DNA of 64,000 nucleotides. Source: Camelus dromedarius. Lineage: Eukaryota. Below, piece after piece: positions 61,501 through 64,000 of this stretch. Position 1 is the first letter of the stretch. Every line of letters starts with the position of its first letter. Location: contig NC_087436.1 in the NCBI RefSeq assembly GCF_036321535.1, forward strand, positions 3,844,001-3,908,000, read 5' to 3'. The notes under the pieces were generated by a model. It ran no database searches, was not told the origin of the DNA, and saw only the letters and a program-made list of their open reading frames with translations. Both the position numbers and the translations under genes were made by a program.

Positions 61501-64000
61501 AAAAGAAACTATGTGTTCCCTTCAAGATAGGTGAAGGACGGCTTTCACACACACTTATCACTCAGAACTGAGCATGTGGAGAGAGTTTCATTCTTCTAGC
61601 ATAAATGGACCGGGTTGCAGGAGTTAATTTTCCTGTGGTTTCCAGTCTGTTTCCTAGTGCCGGTATGAAGTACCAGCAGTTATCAATGTAAAACCGAGTT
61701 GGAGCTAGTACATCCCCATATATATCTATGGAGTGGAGTTTGCAACTGAAAAGAAAGTTTGTGTTCCCAACAAGCTAGGTGAAGGACGGCTTTCACACAC
61801 TTATCTCTCAGAACAGAGCATGAGGAGAGACGTTAGTTCATCTAGCACAAAAGGATCAGTTGCAGTAGAAACTTTTACTCTGGTTTCTCAGTGTGTTTCC
61901 TAGTGCCGGTTTGAAGTTCCTGCAGTTTTCACTGTAAAACAGACTTGGAGATAGTACCTCCCCATATATATGTTTGGAGTGGGGTTTGCAACTGTAAAGA
62001 AACTTTGTGTTCCCAACAAGCTAGGTGAAGAACGGCTTTCACACACAATTATCTCTCAGAACTGAGCATGTGGAGAGACGTTCGTTCATCTAGCACAAAG
62101 GAACGTGTTGCAGGAGAAACTTTTACTCTGGTTTCTCAGTCTGTTTCCTAGTGCCTGTCTGAAGTTCCTGCAGTTTTCACTGTAAAACCGAGTTGGAGCT
62201 AGTACTTCCCCGTATACATGTATGGAGTGGAGTTTGCAACTGAAAAGAAATTTTGTATTCCCAACAAGCTATGTGAAATACGGCTTTCACACACACTTAT
62301 CTGTCAGAAATTAGCGTATGGAGAGACATTCGTTCATCTAGCAAAAAGGGAACTGGTTGCAGGAGAAACTTTTACTCTGGTTTCTCAGTCTGTTTCGTAG
62401 TTCCGGTTTTAAATTCCTGCACTTTTCACTGTAAAACCGAGTTGGAGCTAGTACCTCCCCATATATATCTATGGAGACGAGTTTGCAAATAAAAAAAACT
62501 TTGTGTTCCCAACAAGCTAGATGAAGGACCGCTTTCACACACACATATATCTCAGAACTGAGCATGTGGAGAGACGTTCGTTCATCTATCACAATGGGAA
62601 CTGGTTGCAGGAGAAACTTTTACTCTGTTTCCTCAGTATGTTTCCTCGTACCTGTTTGAAAGTCCTGCAGTTTTCACTGTTAAACCGAGTTTGAGTTAGT
62701 ACCTCCCCATATATGTGTATGGAGTGGAGTTTGCAACTGAAAAGAATCTTGTGTTCCTAACAAGCTTGGTTAAGGACGGCTTTCACACACACTTATCTCT
62801 CAGAACTGAGCATGTGGAGAGACGTTAGTTCATCTAACACAAAGGGACCAGGTGCAGTAGAAACTTTTACTCTGGTTTTTCAGTCTGTTTCCTCGTGCCG
62901 GTTTGAAGTACCTGCATTTCTCACTGTAAAACCGATTTGGAGCTAGTTCCTCCCCATATATATGTATGGAGTGAAGTTTGCAACTGAAAATAAACTTTGT
63001 GTTCCCAACAAGCTGTTTGAAGTACGGCTTTCACACACAATTACCTCTCAGAACTGAGCATGTGGAGAGACTTTCGTTCATCTAGCACAAAGGGAACGGG
63101 TTGCAGGAGGAACTTTTACTCTGGTTTCTCAGTCTGTTTCCTAGTGCCGTTTAGAAGTTCCTGCAGTTTTCACTGTAAAACCGAGTTGGAGCTAGTACCT
63201 CTCCATATATATGTATGGATTGGAATTTGTAACTTAAAAGAAATTTTGTATTCCCAACAAACTAGATGAAGGAAGGCTTTCACACACACTTATTCCTCAT
63301 AACTGAGCATGAGGAGAGACGTTCGTTCATCTAGCACAAAGGGAACTGGTTGCAGGAGAAACTTTTACTCTGGTTTCTCAGTCTGTTTCCTAGTGCCGGT
63401 TTGAAGTTCCTCCAGTTTTCACTGTAAAACGGTGTTGGAGATAGTACCTCCCCGTATATATGTATGGAGTGGACTTGGAAACTGAAAATAAACTTTGTGT
63501 TCCCAACAAGCTAGGTGAAGGAATGCTTTCACACACACTTATTTCTCAGAACTGAGCATGTGGAGAGACTTTCGTTCATCTAGCACAAACTTAAGGGGTT
63601 GCAGGAGAAACTTTAACTCTATTTCCTCAGTCTGTTTCCTAGTGCCGGATTGAAGTTCTTGCAGATATTTCTGTAAAACCGAGTTGGAGCTAGTACCTCC
63701 CCATATATATGTATGGAGTGGAGTTTGCATCTGAAAAGAATCTTTGTGTTCCCAACAAGCTAGTTGAAGAACAGCTTTCACAAACAATTTTTCTCAGAAC
63801 TGAGCATGTGGAGGGACATTCGTTCATCTAGCACAAACTTAACTGGTTGCAGGAGAAACTTTAACTCTATTTACTCAGTCTGTTTCCTAGTGCCGGATTG
63901 AAGTTCTTGCAGATATTTCTGTAAAACCGAGTTGGAGCTAGTACCTCCCCATATATATGTAAGGAGTGGAGTTTGCAACTGGAAAGAAACTTTGTTTTCC
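52575..64000. repeat. 29-monomer (7198 bp period) duplication of diverged monomers with 9/11/9 substructure; period drops to 6700 after a 2-monomer indel
   Basis: ORF offsets are 7198 (53383/60581, 53901/61099, 55020/62218, 55140/62338) and then 6700 (56360/63060, 56839/63539). Related ORFs at 53383, 55615, 58347 and 60581 give sub-periods of 2232, 2732 and 2234. Confidence 0.92.

Larger units (their letters stand above)
1..64000. repeat. Tandem satellite DNA array, ~249-bp monomer, ~257 head-to-tail copies, extends beyond both window ends; possibly centromeric/pericentromeric, family not recognised
   Basis: The same unit recurs every 247-249 bp throughout. By-eye consensus (249 nt): tttcctagtgccggtttgaagttcctgcagttttcactgtaaaaccgagttggagctagtacctccccatatatatgtatggagtggagtttgcaactgaaaagaaactttgtgttcccaacaagctaggtgaaggacggctttcacacacacttatctctcagaactgagcatgtggagagacgttcgttcatctagcacaaagggaacgggttgcaggagaaacttttactctggtttctcagtctg. 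No inversion or foreign sequence was seen. The centromeric role is inference only. Confidence 0.99.

Noticed and set aside
2316..63787. All ORFs in the six-frame track (60-126 aa), including the 126-aa ORF at 40424/44397/45641
   Set aside because: They are translations of the satellite monomer in various frames and on both strands, opened by 1-bp indels or loss of stop codons. There are no recognisable domains and no frame conservation among monomers. They were useful only as duplication markers.
1..64000. CRISPR array or other repeat-spacer system
   Set aside because: There are no unique spacers: the whole 249-bp unit is repeated. No cas or other genes are present.
1..64000. Transposon insertion, inversion or telomeric repeat within the array
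   Set aside because: None was seen. The monomer phase and orientation are maintained from start to end.

Overview
The whole 64 kb window is one uninterrupted head-to-tail array of a ~249-bp satellite monomer (about 257 copies, single orientation). I saw no unique sequence, transposon insertion, RNA gene or credible protein-coding gene. All ORFs in the track are chance read-throughs of the monomer. I cannot assign the satellite to a named family or organism; it looks like a eukaryotic centromeric/pericentromeric satellite (inference). The informative signal is higher-order structure, read from diagnostic variants and ORF-track offsets. (A) 1-27 kb: recently amplified, with 2-, 5- and 16-mer offsets, a near-identical 37-mer (9205 bp) duplication and nested 7- and 12-mer repeats. 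(B) ~27-37 kb: mostly monomeric. (C) ~37-52 kb: a chain of overlapping 16-, 5- and 11-mer duplications. (D) 52-64 kb: more diverged monomers in a 29-mer (9+11+9) duplication. Several recombination junctions and conversion-like patches can be mapped to short intervals. The monomer is rich in short inverted repeats and lacks a canonical CENP-B box. I found no evidence for a novel gene-encoded system. Block boundaries were read by eye and are approximate.
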